Source: Lachnospiraceae bacterium (lineage in GTDB: Bacteria; Bacillota; Clostridia; Lachnospirales; Lachnospiraceae). From it: a stretch of 64,000 nucleotides of DNA. The notes beneath the pieces were generated by a model. That model was not told the DNA's origin. It saw only the letters and a list, made by a program, of their open reading frames with translations, and made no database searches. Positions 38,252-47,956 of the stretch are shown here, one piece after another. A program made the translations under genes and the position numbers. The stretch is from positions 5,502 to 69,501 of the forward strand of contig JBGVLX010000051.1 of NCBI GenBank assembly GCA_045124495.1. Direction: 5' to 3'. Numbering within the stretch: the stretch's first letter is position 1; every line of letters starts with the position of its first letter.

Positions 38252-38983
38252 TTATCTTATCAATTCTTTTATTACTTCTCCTGCTATAATAAGTCCTGCT
38301 ACTGAAGGAACAAATGCAATACTTGCAGGAACCTGACGTTTCTTTTTTTGTTCACATTCCTCTTGTACGAAAGAATTAGCTGTTATTTCAGGTTTTACAG
38401 GAATTTCCTTTGAATATACTACCTTTAATTTTTTTACGCCTCTCTTCTTTAATTCCCGACGCATCACCTTTGCCAAAGGACACATCTGAGTCTTATATAT
38501 ATCAGAAACCTCTAAACGAGTAGGATCTAATTTATTTCCGGTTCCCATACAGCTTATTACAGGTGTATCAGCTTCATTCGCTTTCATAATGATTTCAATC
38601 TTTCCGGAAACAGTATCAATAGCGTCCACTACATAATCATAATCTTCAAAATGGAAACTTCCGGAAGTTTCCGGTAAGAAGAAACATGGATGAACATGAA
38701 CCACAGCATCCGGATTAATATCCAAAATACGTTCTTTCATGACCTCCACCTTATTTCTTCCTACCGTACTCCTGGTGGCAATAATCTGGCGGTTTAAGTT
38801 ACTAAGGCACACCGTATCATTATCAATTAAATCAAATTCTCCTACGCCGCTGCGAGCCAAGGCCTCTGCCACATATCCTCCGACCCCGCCTAAACCAAAA
38901 ATCGCCACACGTGACTTCATCAATATTTGCAACCCATTACTACCTATTAATAATTCAGTTCTTGAAAACTGTTCCTGCATCAT
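38252..38983 (-). CDS. tcdA: tRNA threonylcarbamoyladenosine dehydratase (ThiF/MoeB-fold E1-like)
   Basis: 243 aa. [38 protein letters not shown] nucleotide-binding block. Confidence 0.8.
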   Translation of the reverse strand: MMQEQFSRTELLIGSNGLQILMKSRVAIFGLGGVGGYVAEALARSGVGEFDLIDNDTVCLSNLNRQIIATRSTVGRNKVEVMKERILDINPDAVVHVHPCFFLPETSGSFHFEDYDYVVDAIDTVSGKIEIIMKANEADTPVISCMGTGNKLDPTRLEVSDIYKTQMCPLAKVMRRELKKRGVKKLKVVYSKEIPVKPEITANSFVQEECEQKKKRQVPASIAFVPSVAGLIIAGEVIKELIR

Positions 38984-40989
38984 AAAGTTTCCTCATTCAA
39001 TTTAAATTCATCCACGGTTTCCTTTAAAACCTCAGAACATTGAATCAATTGTCCACTAATAGCAGCATTTTCCTCAGCACTGGCAGCATTGGATTCAACA
39101 TTCGCCGCCAAATCTGTAACACTTCTATTAATTCGATCAATTGCGTCCTTCTGGTTATCTACAAAAGCAGCAATTTCTGTAATCTGTTCTTTTGATCGGA
39201 TAGCATCCTGCATACCGGTTTCAAAAGTAGAAAAAGTAAGTTCTGCCAACTCTTTCCCCTTTTCAACAGCCACTTTTGACTCATCAATCACAGTTGCAAT
39301 TTTTTGGCTGGCTTCTAAGCTGGCAAATGCTAAATTACTAATTTCGTCTGCCACTACAGCAAATCCTTTTCCTGCCTCTCCTGCCCTTGCAGCTTCAATG
39401 GATGCATTCAAAGCCAGAAGATTGGTCTGATCTGATATCGCATCAATGGTATTTACAAATCCTGCAATTTTGGTATAACACTCTTCAATGCTACTGATTG
39501 CCTGTAACAACTCCTTCATTTCATTGCTACCGGATAAAAGGTGCTGATTTGTAACCTGAGCTGTATTTTTCACAACACCGGCATTGTCGGCAATATTTCT
39601 TGTCTGTTCTGTAAGTAAACTTATATTCTTCAAAAGCTCCATAATGGAGTGGTTCTGTTCAGAAGCACTCTGTGCAACACTGGATGTAGTTTTTTCCAAT
39701 TCTTTTGCATACTCTACAACCGTATCAGACTGAGTATCAATTTGCCCAAATGATTGATTTAATGTCGTTAAAATCACTTCTAAAGAATTCTTAATTTGTA
39801 CATAAGCACCCTTAAATTCTCCATCAATGGTGCTGGTAAGATCTTTTTGGGATATTGCAGTGACAATTTCAGAAATACTACTAATATAGTATTTCAGACT
39901 TTTCACTGTTTCATTCAAAGAATCTGTAAGCAACTCAATTTCTGTGGTAATTTTTTCTTCGTCAAATACTACATCCAAATTACCATTTGAAATCTCCGAA
40001 ACCTTATTACTAATCGTCTCAATTGGTTTAAACCAAGGAGAAATTCGTTTCATGCAATTTTTCTCACTTATTGCTGTGGTTAAAAAAAAGATAATAATAT
40101 ACACAATAACCAACACAAGGAAAAAGAAAATAACAGAAGTGATCGGTTTTACCGAAATAATTTTCCAATCCGTAATTTCAGAGGAATCCGCAATCATAAT
40201 CTTTAAACCACCACTGTAATCTGATATTACTTTTGCATCCAAGGTATCACCCATCAAGGATTTATACTTACCATTCAATGCATCCTCTAATGTATAAGCT
40301 TTCTCCACACTTAAAGCAATATCCTCATTTGGATGCACTAAGATAGTACCATCACTGGTGGTTAGAAAGACATAACTTTCACCATCATAACTTTCTTCAA
40401 TCAGACTTTGCAAATTACCCATATACATATCCATACCAACAACACCGGCCATTTGACCATCTTTATATGTCGCTTTGGACAACGTAATACAAATTCCTCC
40501 TGACTGCTCATCCACATAAGGCTCCGAAATATATACTTCATCCGGATTCGCCTGAGCTTCCTTATACCACTCTCTTTCTGTAACAATAAAGTCTTCTGGC
40601 GGTTCCCATCCACCACTCATTATCGTTATATTTTCATCATAACAGGAATAAACTGCTGAAATCTGCTTATCCGAAGCTGCCATGGCATCCACATAAGCTA
40701 AAATATCACTTTTATCCACCAGTTTTCCACTATTAATTCCGGCAGCTATGGATTCAATCATCCCAATCTTGCCCTGCATAACAGCAGATATTTCCTCGGT
40801 AAAAATCTGTGCGTTACTTTTTACACTCAGGTTTGTATAAAGCATAACTAAAATAACTGCAATCACCAATGATTCCATACATACGATAAATAATGGTCTT
40901 CTAATGGTAGGTCTTAGAAGTTTTCTGATTCTGCTTCCATATCCTTCTAACACCTCTGACATCCCTTTTTTGGACTTTTTCTTACTCAT
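38980..40989 (-). CDS. Methyl-accepting chemotaxis protein (double-Cache type sensor)
   Basis: 669 aa. Two TM segments flank a periplasmic Cache-like domain, followed by a HAMP domain. The conserved signalling hairpin reads [27 protein letters not shown]. Confidence 0.9.
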   Translation of the reverse strand: MSKKKSKKGMSEVLEGYGSRIRKLLRPTIRRPLFIVCMESLVIAVILVMLYTNLSVKSNAQIFTEEISAVMQGKIGMIESIAAGINSGKLVDKSDILAYVDAMAASDKQISAVYSCYDENITIMSGGWEPPEDFIVTEREWYKEAQANPDEVYISEPYVDEQSGGICITLSKATYKDGQMAGVVGMDMYMGNLQSLIEESYDGESYVFLTTSDGTILVHPNEDIALSVEKAYTLEDALNGKYKSLMGDTLDAKVISDYSGGLKIMIADSSEITDWKIISVKPITSVIFFFLVLVIVYIIIFFLTTAISEKNCMKRISPWFKPIETISNKVSEISNGNLDVVFDEEKITTEIELLTDSLNETVKSLKYYISSISEIVTAISQKDLTSTIDGEFKGAYVQIKNSLEVILTTLNQSFGQIDTQSDTVVEYAKELEKTTSSVAQSASEQNHSIMELLKNISLLTEQTRNIADNAGVVKNTAQVTNQHLLSGSNEMKELLQAISSIEECYTKIAGFVNTIDAISDQTNLLALNASIEAARAGEAGKGFAVVADEISNLAFASLEASQKIATVIDESKVAVEKGKELAELTFSTFETGMQDAIRSKEQITEIAAFVDNQKDAIDRINRSVTDLAANVESNAASAEENAAISGQLIQCSEVLKETVDEFKLNEETL

Positions 40990-41009
40990 TTGTATCCTTC
41001 CCCCTTTCC

Positions 41010-42374
41010 TTATCTTTCCTCCAATGGTACATAATCCATATGTTTCGCAACACTCTTATAAGCCGGTCTGATAATCTTTCCTTCATTAATTAATTCTTCT
41101 AACCGGTGTGCACTCCACCCTGAAATCCTGGCAATGGCGAAGATCGGTGTATAAAGTTCTAACGGCAAACCTAACATAGAATATACAAATCCACTGTAAA
41201 AATCTACATTAGCACTAACACCTTTATATATCTTTCTTTCTTTTGCAATGACCTTTGGTGCAAGACGCTCGATTGCTTCATATAGTGCAAATTCTTCTTT
41301 TCTATCCTTTTCCACAGACAACTTTTCCACAAAAGACTTAAAAACTTTCGCTCTCGGATCTGAAATAGAATAAACTGCGTGCCCCATGCCATAAATTAAC
41401 CCTTTTTGGTCAAATACCTCTTTCCGTAATATCTTCAGTAAATACTCTTCCAATTTTTCCTCATCGGTCCAGTCTGATATATTTTCTTTAATATTCGCAA
41501 TCATTTCCATTACTTTAAAGTTTGCACCACCATGCTTTGGTCCTTTTAAAGAACCAAGAGAAGCAGCTATTACAGAATAAGTATCCGTTCCGGAAGAAGT
41601 AACTACATGAGTTGTAAAAGTTGAATTATTACCGCCTCCATGCTCTGCATGTATTACTAACGCAAGGTCTAAAATTCTAGCTTCTAACTCCGTATATTTA
41701 CTGTCTCTTCTTAATGTATACAGGATATTCTCCGCTGTGGAAAGTTCCTTTTTAGGTGGGTGAATAATAAGACTTTCACCTTCAAAATAATGGCTATATG
41801 CCTGATAACCATAAACCGACAGCATTGGAAAATTCGCAATCAGCTGAATACATTGCCTTAAAACATTTGGCACAGAAATATCATTTGCCTTTTCATCATA
41901 AGAATATAATGTCAGGACACTTCTTGCCAATGTATTCATCATATCCTTGCTTGGTGCCTTCAATATAATATCCCGAACAAAACTTGGTGGCAAAGAACGA
42001 TATTCTGAAAGAATGCCTTTAAATTCGTCTAATTGTTGCTTTGTAGGAAGTTGGCCAAACAGCAGTAAATATGTGGTCTCTTCGAACCCAAAACGTTTTT
42101 CCTTCGTAAAACCTGCCACTAAATCTTCAATATCTACACCATGATAATACAATTTACCTTCACAAGGAATCATATCATCATCCTCAACAATATAAGATTG
42201 TATCTTTGACACTTCCGTTAATCCAGTCAATACGCCTTTTCCACTTAAATCTCTAAGACCCCTTTTTACCTCATATTTACCATATAATTCAGGATCAATA
42301 CTTCCATTTTCTATGCATTTTTGTGATAACCTCACAATTTCCGGCGTAACTTCCGAATAATTCATTTCCTTCAT
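41010..42374 (-). CDS. Citrate synthase (Si-type family)
   Basis: 454 aa. [10 protein letters not shown] and GMGHAVY blocks are typical of citrate/2-methylcitrate synthases. Confidence 0.88.
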   Translation of the reverse strand: MKEMNYSEVTPEIVRLSQKCIENGSIDPELYGKYEVKRGLRDLSGKGVLTGLTEVSKIQSYIVEDDDMIPCEGKLYYHGVDIEDLVAGFTKEKRFGFEETTYLLLFGQLPTKQQLDEFKGILSEYRSLPPSFVRDIILKAPSKDMMNTLARSVLTLYSYDEKANDISVPNVLRQCIQLIANFPMLSVYGYQAYSHYFEGESLIIHPPKKELSTAENILYTLRRDSKYTELEARILDLALVIHAEHGGGNNSTFTTHVVTSSGTDTYSVIAASLGSLKGPKHGGANFKVMEMIANIKENISDWTDEEKLEEYLLKILRKEVFDQKGLIYGMGHAVYSISDPRAKVFKSFVEKLSVEKDRKEEFALYEAIERLAPKVIAKERKIYKGVSANVDFYSGFVYSMLGLPLELYTPIFAIARISGWSAHRLEELINEGKIIRPAYKSVAKHMDYVPLEER

Positions 42375-42413
42375 CTTACTCCTCCATGTTTTATCTGTAT
42401 TCTTTTACTTTGA

Positions 42414-42677
42414 TTATTCCCCTAATCCATCTTCAATCAATTTTATAATTCCTGCCAGAGCTGCTTCCTCGTCTTCACCTTCACAGAAAACTTCAATTTC
42501 ATCTCCGCATTTTACACAAGCCGCCAAAACACTCAATACACTCTTCGCATTTGCCACACTGGTACGAATTTTAAAAGTAATTAGTGATCTGTACTTTAAA
42601 GACTCCTTACATAACAATCCTGCGGGTCTTAAATGTAACCCCTCTGCATTTTTTATTGAAACTTTTTGTGATACCAT
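42414..42677 (-). CDS. ptsH: HPr-family phosphocarrier protein
   Basis: Start ATG 42677 after GGAGG. NAEGLHLRPAG carries the His15 equivalent, and AKSVLSVL is the Ser46 region. 87 aa. Confidence 0.85.
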   Translation of the reverse strand: MVSQKVSIKNAEGLHLRPAGLLCKESLKYRSLITFKIRTSVANAKSVLSVLAACVKCGDEIEVFCEGEDEEAALAGIIKLIEDGLGE

Positions 42678-42696
42678 GGTAATTCCTCCAATTCTA

Positions 42697-43938
42697 TTAT
42701 TTTTGTTCCACCGTAAGTACGGCATTTAAACTATTTTTTATTGTGACTCCTTCCACTTCCTTTAACTGAATTGGCACAATGTTATCCTGAGATTCCCTTA
42801 GCACCGCACAGTCAATATATGGAGATAAATCACTTAATTCCAACTCATCTAGAGTTTTGTCATTTCCTGATACTCGTAAGATAAATTTCTGTTCTTTCAC
42901 CTTATAACTATATTTATCATTTGCATTTTGCAATACAATATCATCCTGAGTAAATTCAAATTCTTTTTCAGATGCTTTCCTAATCTTTATTGTTACATTA
43001 ATTACTGTAGCCGAATCTGCCGGATATACTCCATCAGGTAAATATTCTGAAATGTCAATGGATGGTTCAAAATCAGCACTTAATCCTGAAACATCTATAT
43101 CATTAATTTCAATTTTGGAAATCTGTTTCAAGTCTTCTTCCATACCTGCAACTACAATGGTTTTTGGCTCATATTCCAGAGAATCCACCACATATCCATC
43201 TAAAACACTTCCTGTGTAATTCGCTTCAACAGCAATTTCTTTTGTTTTAAATATCTTCATATTTATCGTAACACTGTCCGTACTTAACTTAAGTCTTTCT
43301 GCTCCTATTACTTCATCTCCATCCGAATCTACCAAAATTGGTTTAGAAACTACTTCGAAATCTTTATAAACATTGCTTACATTTACATAAATCCTTGCCT
43401 CTTTTACCTTTTTTACCAAACTTTGGGCTCCGGTTACTTCTATGATGTTAGGAGATTTTACGATAACCTTATCACTGCCAACAGCATATCCACTCGCAGG
43501 TGCTCCCTGGGTTACTATCGTCACAGGTACCTGCTTAGTTTCTTTTTCTTCTAATTCAACTTTCAAGGTATCATTTCCATTATAGGTTATGGTAAGTTCA
43601 TCCTTCAGACTTGATTTAATAGGAATGACCTGTATCTTAACAGCATAAACATCTGATAATTTACCCAAATCAGCAGTTGCAATAAAATCACTGCTGCTTA
43701 GCTGATCCACTACCGTTCGTCTTCCTTCTACCGTAATATTCACTGTGTTTCCTTCCACAATTTCATATACTTTGTCAATTTCCGAAATTTCTTCCTCATT
43801 AATAACCTGCACTTTAATATCCTTAAAATCCCTGGTGACAATTGGATCTTCTGTATTAACAACCAAAAGCCATAACATAATTGCAAATAAGACAGATATT
43901 ATTTTTATCCCCGCATTATTTAACAGCTTTTCCTTCAT
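42697..43938 (-). CDS. cdaR: YbbR-domain protein, c-di-AMP cyclase regulator CdaR
   Basis: 413 aa. N-terminal TM, then repeated YbbR-like beta domains. It overlaps the cdaA end by 23 nt. Confidence 0.85.
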   Translation of the reverse strand: MKEKLLNNAGIKIISVLFAIMLWLLVVNTEDPIVTRDFKDIKVQVINEEEISEIDKVYEIVEGNTVNITVEGRRTVVDQLSSSDFIATADLGKLSDVYAVKIQVIPIKSSLKDELTITYNGNDTLKVELEEKETKQVPVTIVTQGAPASGYAVGSDKVIVKSPNIIEVTGAQSLVKKVKEARIYVNVSNVYKDFEVVSKPILVDSDGDEVIGAERLKLSTDSVTINMKIFKTKEIAVEANYTGSVLDGYVVDSLEYEPKTIVVAGMEEDLKQISKIEINDIDVSGLSADFEPSIDISEYLPDGVYPADSATVINVTIKIRKASEKEFEFTQDDIVLQNANDKYSYKVKEQKFILRVSGNDKTLDELELSDLSPYIDCAVLRESQDNIVPIQLKEVEGVTIKNSLNAVLTVEQK

Positions 43939-44797
43939 ATTTGCTTCTACCCTTCCATAATTTAAATTTCTTTACATCAATGGAACGTTTTTGGATATAT
44001 GATAATTTATTTCTGACATTATCTCCATCCACGTTTCGAATCAATTCACCACCAATAGCCAGAGAAACTTTTCCTGTCTCTTCTGAAACGATAATCGTAA
44101 GACTGTCTGATACCTCACTAATGCCAATTCCTGCTCTGTGCCTTGTTCCCAGCTCTTTGTTAATCATCATATTCTCAGATAAAGGAAGATAACAGGTAGC
44201 TGCCACAATTCTGTTCCCACGAATAATAATAGCCCCATCATGTAATGGTGTATTATGCTCGAAAATATTAATCAGTAATTGGGAACTTATTTTAGAATCC
44301 AACGCAATTCCCGTTTTCTCATACTCCCCAAGAACAACTTCCTGTTCAATTACAATCAGTGCACCTGTTTTTGTCTTTGCCAGTTCAAACGTCGCTTTTA
44401 CAATTTCAGTGATGGTTCGATCTGTAAAGCGTTCATTTTTTTCTTTCTGGTCATCAAAAGAAAAGATGGTAGCCAAAGTATTTTTTTGACCTAACTGTTC
44501 CAACGCTCTTCTAAGTTCAGGTTGAAACACAACAATAATCGCAATAATTCCTACACTAATGGTATTGGAAAATATCCAGATAATCGTATCAAATCTGAAT
44601 ATCGTAGCAATTCCCATAAAAACCAACAACACCAAAATTCCCCGAAATAACATCCACGCTCTAGTATTCTTAACCCACTTAATAATATAATATATCACAA
44701 CACTAATGATTGCTATTTCTACAATATCCGATATTCTAATTTTCGGGAGCGACACCCACTCAAAATTATTAAGAATAAAATTTAAAATTTTATCCAT
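43916..44797 (-). CDS. cdaA: Diadenylate cyclase CdaA
   Basis: Three N-terminal TM helices plus a DAC domain with the DGAIII and TRHRAG motifs. The start is ATG 44797 or 44812. Confidence 0.9.
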   Translation of the reverse strand: MDKILNFILNNFEWVSLPKIRISDIVEIAIISVVIYYIIKWVKNTRAWMLFRGILVLLVFMGIATIFRFDTIIWIFSNTISVGIIAIIVVFQPELRRALEQLGQKNTLATIFSFDDQKEKNERFTDRTITEIVKATFELAKTKTGALIVIEQEVVLGEYEKTGIALDSKISSQLLINIFEHNTPLHDGAIIIRGNRIVAATCYLPLSENMMINKELGTRHRAGIGISEVSDSLTIIVSEETGKVSLAIGGELIRNVDGDNVRNKLSYIQKRSIDVKKFKLWKGRSKYEGKAVK

Positions 44798-44820
44798 GCT
44801 TACCAACCCCAATTATTTTT

Positions 44821-45750
44821 TTACTTTCTAGCCTGAATTTTCTTAATATTAATATTTTCTTCTGAAACTTTTATCTTTGGTACTGCCTTTACATAGTAAT
44901 AATAATCATCATCTTCAAACTGAACCAGCTCGGTTCTAGAATAATCCACAACTCCTTTAAAAAATTGTACTACTACCGCAATGAGAGCTGCTAGTATATT
45001 TCCTATTAAAACGGAGCCAACAACAACTTCCGCATCCAAAAAAGTGCCTCCTATCAAGAATAACAAAACACTGGCTACAAAAGCTGTAAAAATAGCTACA
45101 TACCAGGAATAACTAACAGACAAGCGATAAACTAAATAGAATACAACCAACACAATACAAGAGGTTATCAATGTAAGAAGAAACATTTTATTTTCCATCA
45201 AATCTGTTATTACATAAGAAATAGGCTGAAATGTTTCATCACCTGTCTTAGAGCTTAGCATGACGGAAACTTCCTTTGCTGCAAGACTGAAATAGTAAAT
45301 TACAATTCCCGTCACCATGGCAAACATTCCTGAACAACCAACCGTCATCCCTACCACAATCGGCACCAGATAAGGAATCTTGAATAAAAACAATACTGAT
45401 GTTAATACAATGATATATCCGTAATTTGGTGTAAATCTTAAACACAAAATATACAAAAATACATACAAAATCAGAAATAACAATGCAACATCCGGCGAGA
45501 GACTAACCAAATGCAACAGAATAACAAGACCAGAAATGACCGCAAAAAAACCTTGGGAAAAAAATGCACAAAGCAAAGACAACCCTATAACTATTACTAT
45601 GTTATTTACTAAACCAGAATACCCAAATAACTGATTCAAAGAAACAAACAAAAATAGTCCCAACACAAACTTTGCAATCGGTACCAATATCATATCATTT
45701 TTATGACAAAACCCTCTAAGCTTATCCTTCATAATCAATAAATTCATCAT
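44821..45750 (-). CDS. Hypothetical polytopic membrane protein
   Basis: 309 aa, about 8 hydrophobic segments and an acidic/aromatic C-terminal tail (FEDDDYYYYV). Family not recognised. Confidence 0.55.
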   Translation of the reverse strand: MMNLLIMKDKLRGFCHKNDMILVPIAKFVLGLFLFVSLNQLFGYSGLVNNIVIVIGLSLLCAFFSQGFFAVISGLVILLHLVSLSPDVALLFLILYVFLYILCLRFTPNYGYIIVLTSVLFLFKIPYLVPIVVGMTVGCSGMFAMVTGIVIYYFSLAAKEVSVMLSSKTGDETFQPISYVITDLMENKMFLLTLITSCIVLVVFYLVYRLSVSYSWYVAIFTAFVASVLLFLIGGTFLDAEVVVGSVLIGNILAALIAVVVQFFKGVVDYSRTELVQFEDDDYYYYVKAVPKIKVSEENINIKKIQARK

Positions 45751-46180
45751 CGTTTATTACCACACCTTTATTCTTTTTTAATTCTCCTATTGCTTCCTCC
45801 TCATATTGTTCATTCAGAAGCTGTAGTTTTTGATAATAATCCTTTACTCCCGGTTTCATTCTATCATAACGGATTTGATACACAATTAAAGATATGATAA
45901 AATAAACTCCTATCCAAAGACCATATAATATCAATATATTTTTCGCAAGCGCCATATAGTCTAATGTGTTAATCTGCTCAAGTAAAGATTCCATTCCAAG
46001 CAATACCACTGCAGCCCCAATCATACAAAACGCTATGGTAGCATATATAAAAGACTGTAGTGTATGATATGTAACATAATCACTTTTATAATATTTACAC
46101 ATACCAATCTGCTGTTTTCCTTGATTTTTTTCATATATGGCAATTCGGGTCATGTTTTTTACTCTCTCTTCGTTAATCAT
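45722..46180 (-). CDS. Hypothetical membrane protein
   Basis: 152 aa. GGAGG lies 7 nt before the ATG. Two TM segments. It overlaps the next gene by 29 nt. Confidence 0.55.
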   Translation of the reverse strand: MINEERVKNMTRIAIYEKNQGKQQIGMCKYYKSDYVTYHTLQSFIYATIAFCMIGAAVVLLGMESLLEQINTLDYMALAKNILILYGLWIGVYFIISLIVYQIRYDRMKPGVKDYYQKLQLLNEQYEEEAIGELKKNKGVVINDDEFIDYEG

Positions 46181-46272
46181 AACTCGGCCTCCATTCTATT
46201 TTTTTTATTGTAACATAATTTTTCAAAAAAACATAGCCTTAATTTTATCTGATATAACAAATTAGAAAAACA

Positions 46273-46304
46273 TTGGTTACTGTTCACCTGTGAACAGTAA
46301 CCAA
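46273..46304. repeat. Family A palindromic element (TTGGTTACTGTTCAC-CT-GTGAACAGTAACCAA)
   Basis: 15-bp perfect arms. Taking the 28-nt core 46275-46302, the flanks are the direct repeat AACATT (46269-46274 and 46303-46308). Confidence 0.85.
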
Positions 46305-46321
46305 CATTGTCAGGACACAAA

Positions 46322-46349
46322 AAAAGACAATCCCCGGACTGTCTTTTTT
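46322..46349 (-). terminator. Terminator after the CNNM-family gene
   Basis: Minus sense AAAAAGACA-GTCCGGGGAT-TGTCTTTTT followed by TTG, 12 nt after the stop codon. Confidence 0.5.
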
Positions 46350-46361
46350 CTATTTACATAT

Positions 46362-47600
46362 CTATGCAATTTCTTCTTTACAAACAATATGTACTTTTTC
46401 CACACGCTTTCCAGCCATCTTTTCTACCTTAACTTCCAATCCCTGACTTTCAAAAAAATCACCTTCTGCCGGTATCTTACCAAGCATTTCCATAATCCAT
46501 CCGTTTACCGTCAGTACTTCCACTTCCATCTTTTTATCCAGCGTATCAAATAATTTTTCTACGTTTGCTTTTCCTGAAACCATATATTCATGTTCAGATA
46601 ACTGCTCAATTTCATGAACAATTTCATCATGCTCATCCCAGATTTCCCCAACCAGTTCCTCTAAAATATCTTCTAAAGTTACAATACCGAACATGCTGCC
46701 GAATTCATCCACTATTACTGCAAAATGAAGTTTCTTTTGTTGTAATTCCTTCATTAAATCATCGATTCTTTTGTTTTTTGTAATATATACTACAGGACGT
46801 AAATTATCACGAATTTCCGCATCGGTATGGTAGATATAGTTATGAAAATCTTTCTGATATAAAATACCAACAATATGATCAATATCCCCATCATAAACCG
46901 GAAGTCTGGAAAATCCGGTTTCCTTAAACACTTTTGCAATTTCATCTTTGGTCATGTCCACAGAAACCGAAATAACATCAATTCGTGGAGTGAAGATATC
47001 CACTGCTTCTAATTCATTAAACTCAATGGCACTTCGAATCAAGGTACTTTCCTCTTTATCAATCCCTCCACCTTGTTCTGCTTCTTCTACAATAGTAAGT
47101 AATTCTTCTTCTGTAATTCCTTTTTCATCTGATACCTTAACGATCATAGATAACAGCTTCTTCCATTGAACAAACAAAAAATTAACAGGAGTTAAAACTA
47201 CCATTAAAGCATTTAGTAACGGAGCCGAAAACATAGCAAACTTTTCCGGTGATTCTTTTGCAATACTTTTAGGTGAAACTTCTCCAAAAATCAATACCAC
47301 AACCGTAATCACAATCGTAGAAACGCTAGCTCCCATCTCTTCCCCTAATAATTCAACAAAAATAATGGTAGTAAGAGAAGTACACAATATGTTTACTATA
47401 TTATTACCAACCAGAATGGTCGACAACATGCTATCATATTTTTCCGACATTCTTAGCACCAACGCTGCTTTTTTATTTCCCTTTTCTGCCATATTTTTTA
47501 TCCTAATCCTGTTTAGTGAAGAAAAAGCCGTTTCTGTCGCTGAAAAATAAGCTGACATTACAATACAAAATAAAATTATTATGAGTGAAGCCGTATCCAT
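46362..47600 (-). CDS. CNNM/HlyC/CorC-family transporter (DUF21 + CBS pair + CorC_HlyC domains)
   Basis: 412 aa. Four N-terminal TM helices with SATETAFSS, a CBS pair, and a C-terminal transporter-associated domain. Confidence 0.88.
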   Translation of the reverse strand: MDTASLIIILFCIVMSAYFSATETAFSSLNRIRIKNMAEKGNKKAALVLRMSEKYDSMLSTILVGNNIVNILCTSLTTIIFVELLGEEMGASVSTIVITVVVLIFGEVSPKSIAKESPEKFAMFSAPLLNALMVVLTPVNFLFVQWKKLLSMIVKVSDEKGITEEELLTIVEEAEQGGGIDKEESTLIRSAIEFNELEAVDIFTPRIDVISVSVDMTKDEIAKVFKETGFSRLPVYDGDIDHIVGILYQKDFHNYIYHTDAEIRDNLRPVVYITKNKRIDDLMKELQQKKLHFAVIVDEFGSMFGIVTLEDILEELVGEIWDEHDEIVHEIEQLSEHEYMVSGKANVEKLFDTLDKKMEVEVLTVNGWIMEMLGKIPAEGDFFESQGLEVKVEKMAGKRVEKVHIVCKEEIA

Positions 47601-47650
47601 AACTTAAAATCCTTTCTTATCTTCGCCTATATTTCCTAATTTTTTGCACA

Positions 47651-47694
47651 AAAAGACATAACCACACTTTTTATAAAGTGTAGCTATGTCTTTT
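47651..47694 (-). terminator. Strong intrinsic terminator inside the 5' leader of the CNNM-family gene
   Basis: 20-bp stem with an AUAA loop. Both imperfections are G-U wobbles on the minus-sense RNA but A-C mismatches on the plus sense, which indicates minus-strand function. UUUUUG follows. Confidence 0.75.
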
Positions 47695-47695
47695 C

Positions 47696-47746
47696 TCATA
47701 CATTTATCATCATCTGACTCGCGTCACCATCTGAACTTTCTGACAT
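47696..47746 (-). CDS. Candidate 16-codon leader peptide (MSESSDGDASQMMINV)
   Basis: The ATG lies 6 nt after GGAGGA. The TGA stop (47698-47696) ends 1 nt before the terminator 5' arm begins. Confidence 0.35.
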   Translation of the reverse strand: MSESSDGDASQMMINV

Positions 47747-47860
47747 AATTATCCTCCATGTGTTACTGAACAAAACCAACACTCCGACTTGTTTCATCGT
47801 ATCCCTTTTCTGAATGAAACATACTACGCTGTGTTATACAAATAACACTTACAAGGCAAT

Positions 47861-47889
47861 ATTTTAGCAAAAAACACTTCTTATGTCAA
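47861..47889 (-). promoter_or_regulatory. Sigma-A promoter of the leader and CNNM gene
   Basis: Minus sense TTGACA (47889-47884), 17-nt spacer, TAAAAT (47866-47861). Confidence 0.7.
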
Positions 47890-47956
47890 TACTGGCACGC
47901 GCAAAACGATTCATTATATTAACTTACAGTAACAACTTACAACAATTTAACCTTAT

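Noticed and set aside
47601-47889. Known riboswitch (M-box, yybP-ykoY or similar) in the CNNM-gene leader
   Set aside because: I could not find the conserved cores of those classes by eye. The region is therefore reported only as an unclassified structured leader with a small ORF. A covariance-model scan is still needed.
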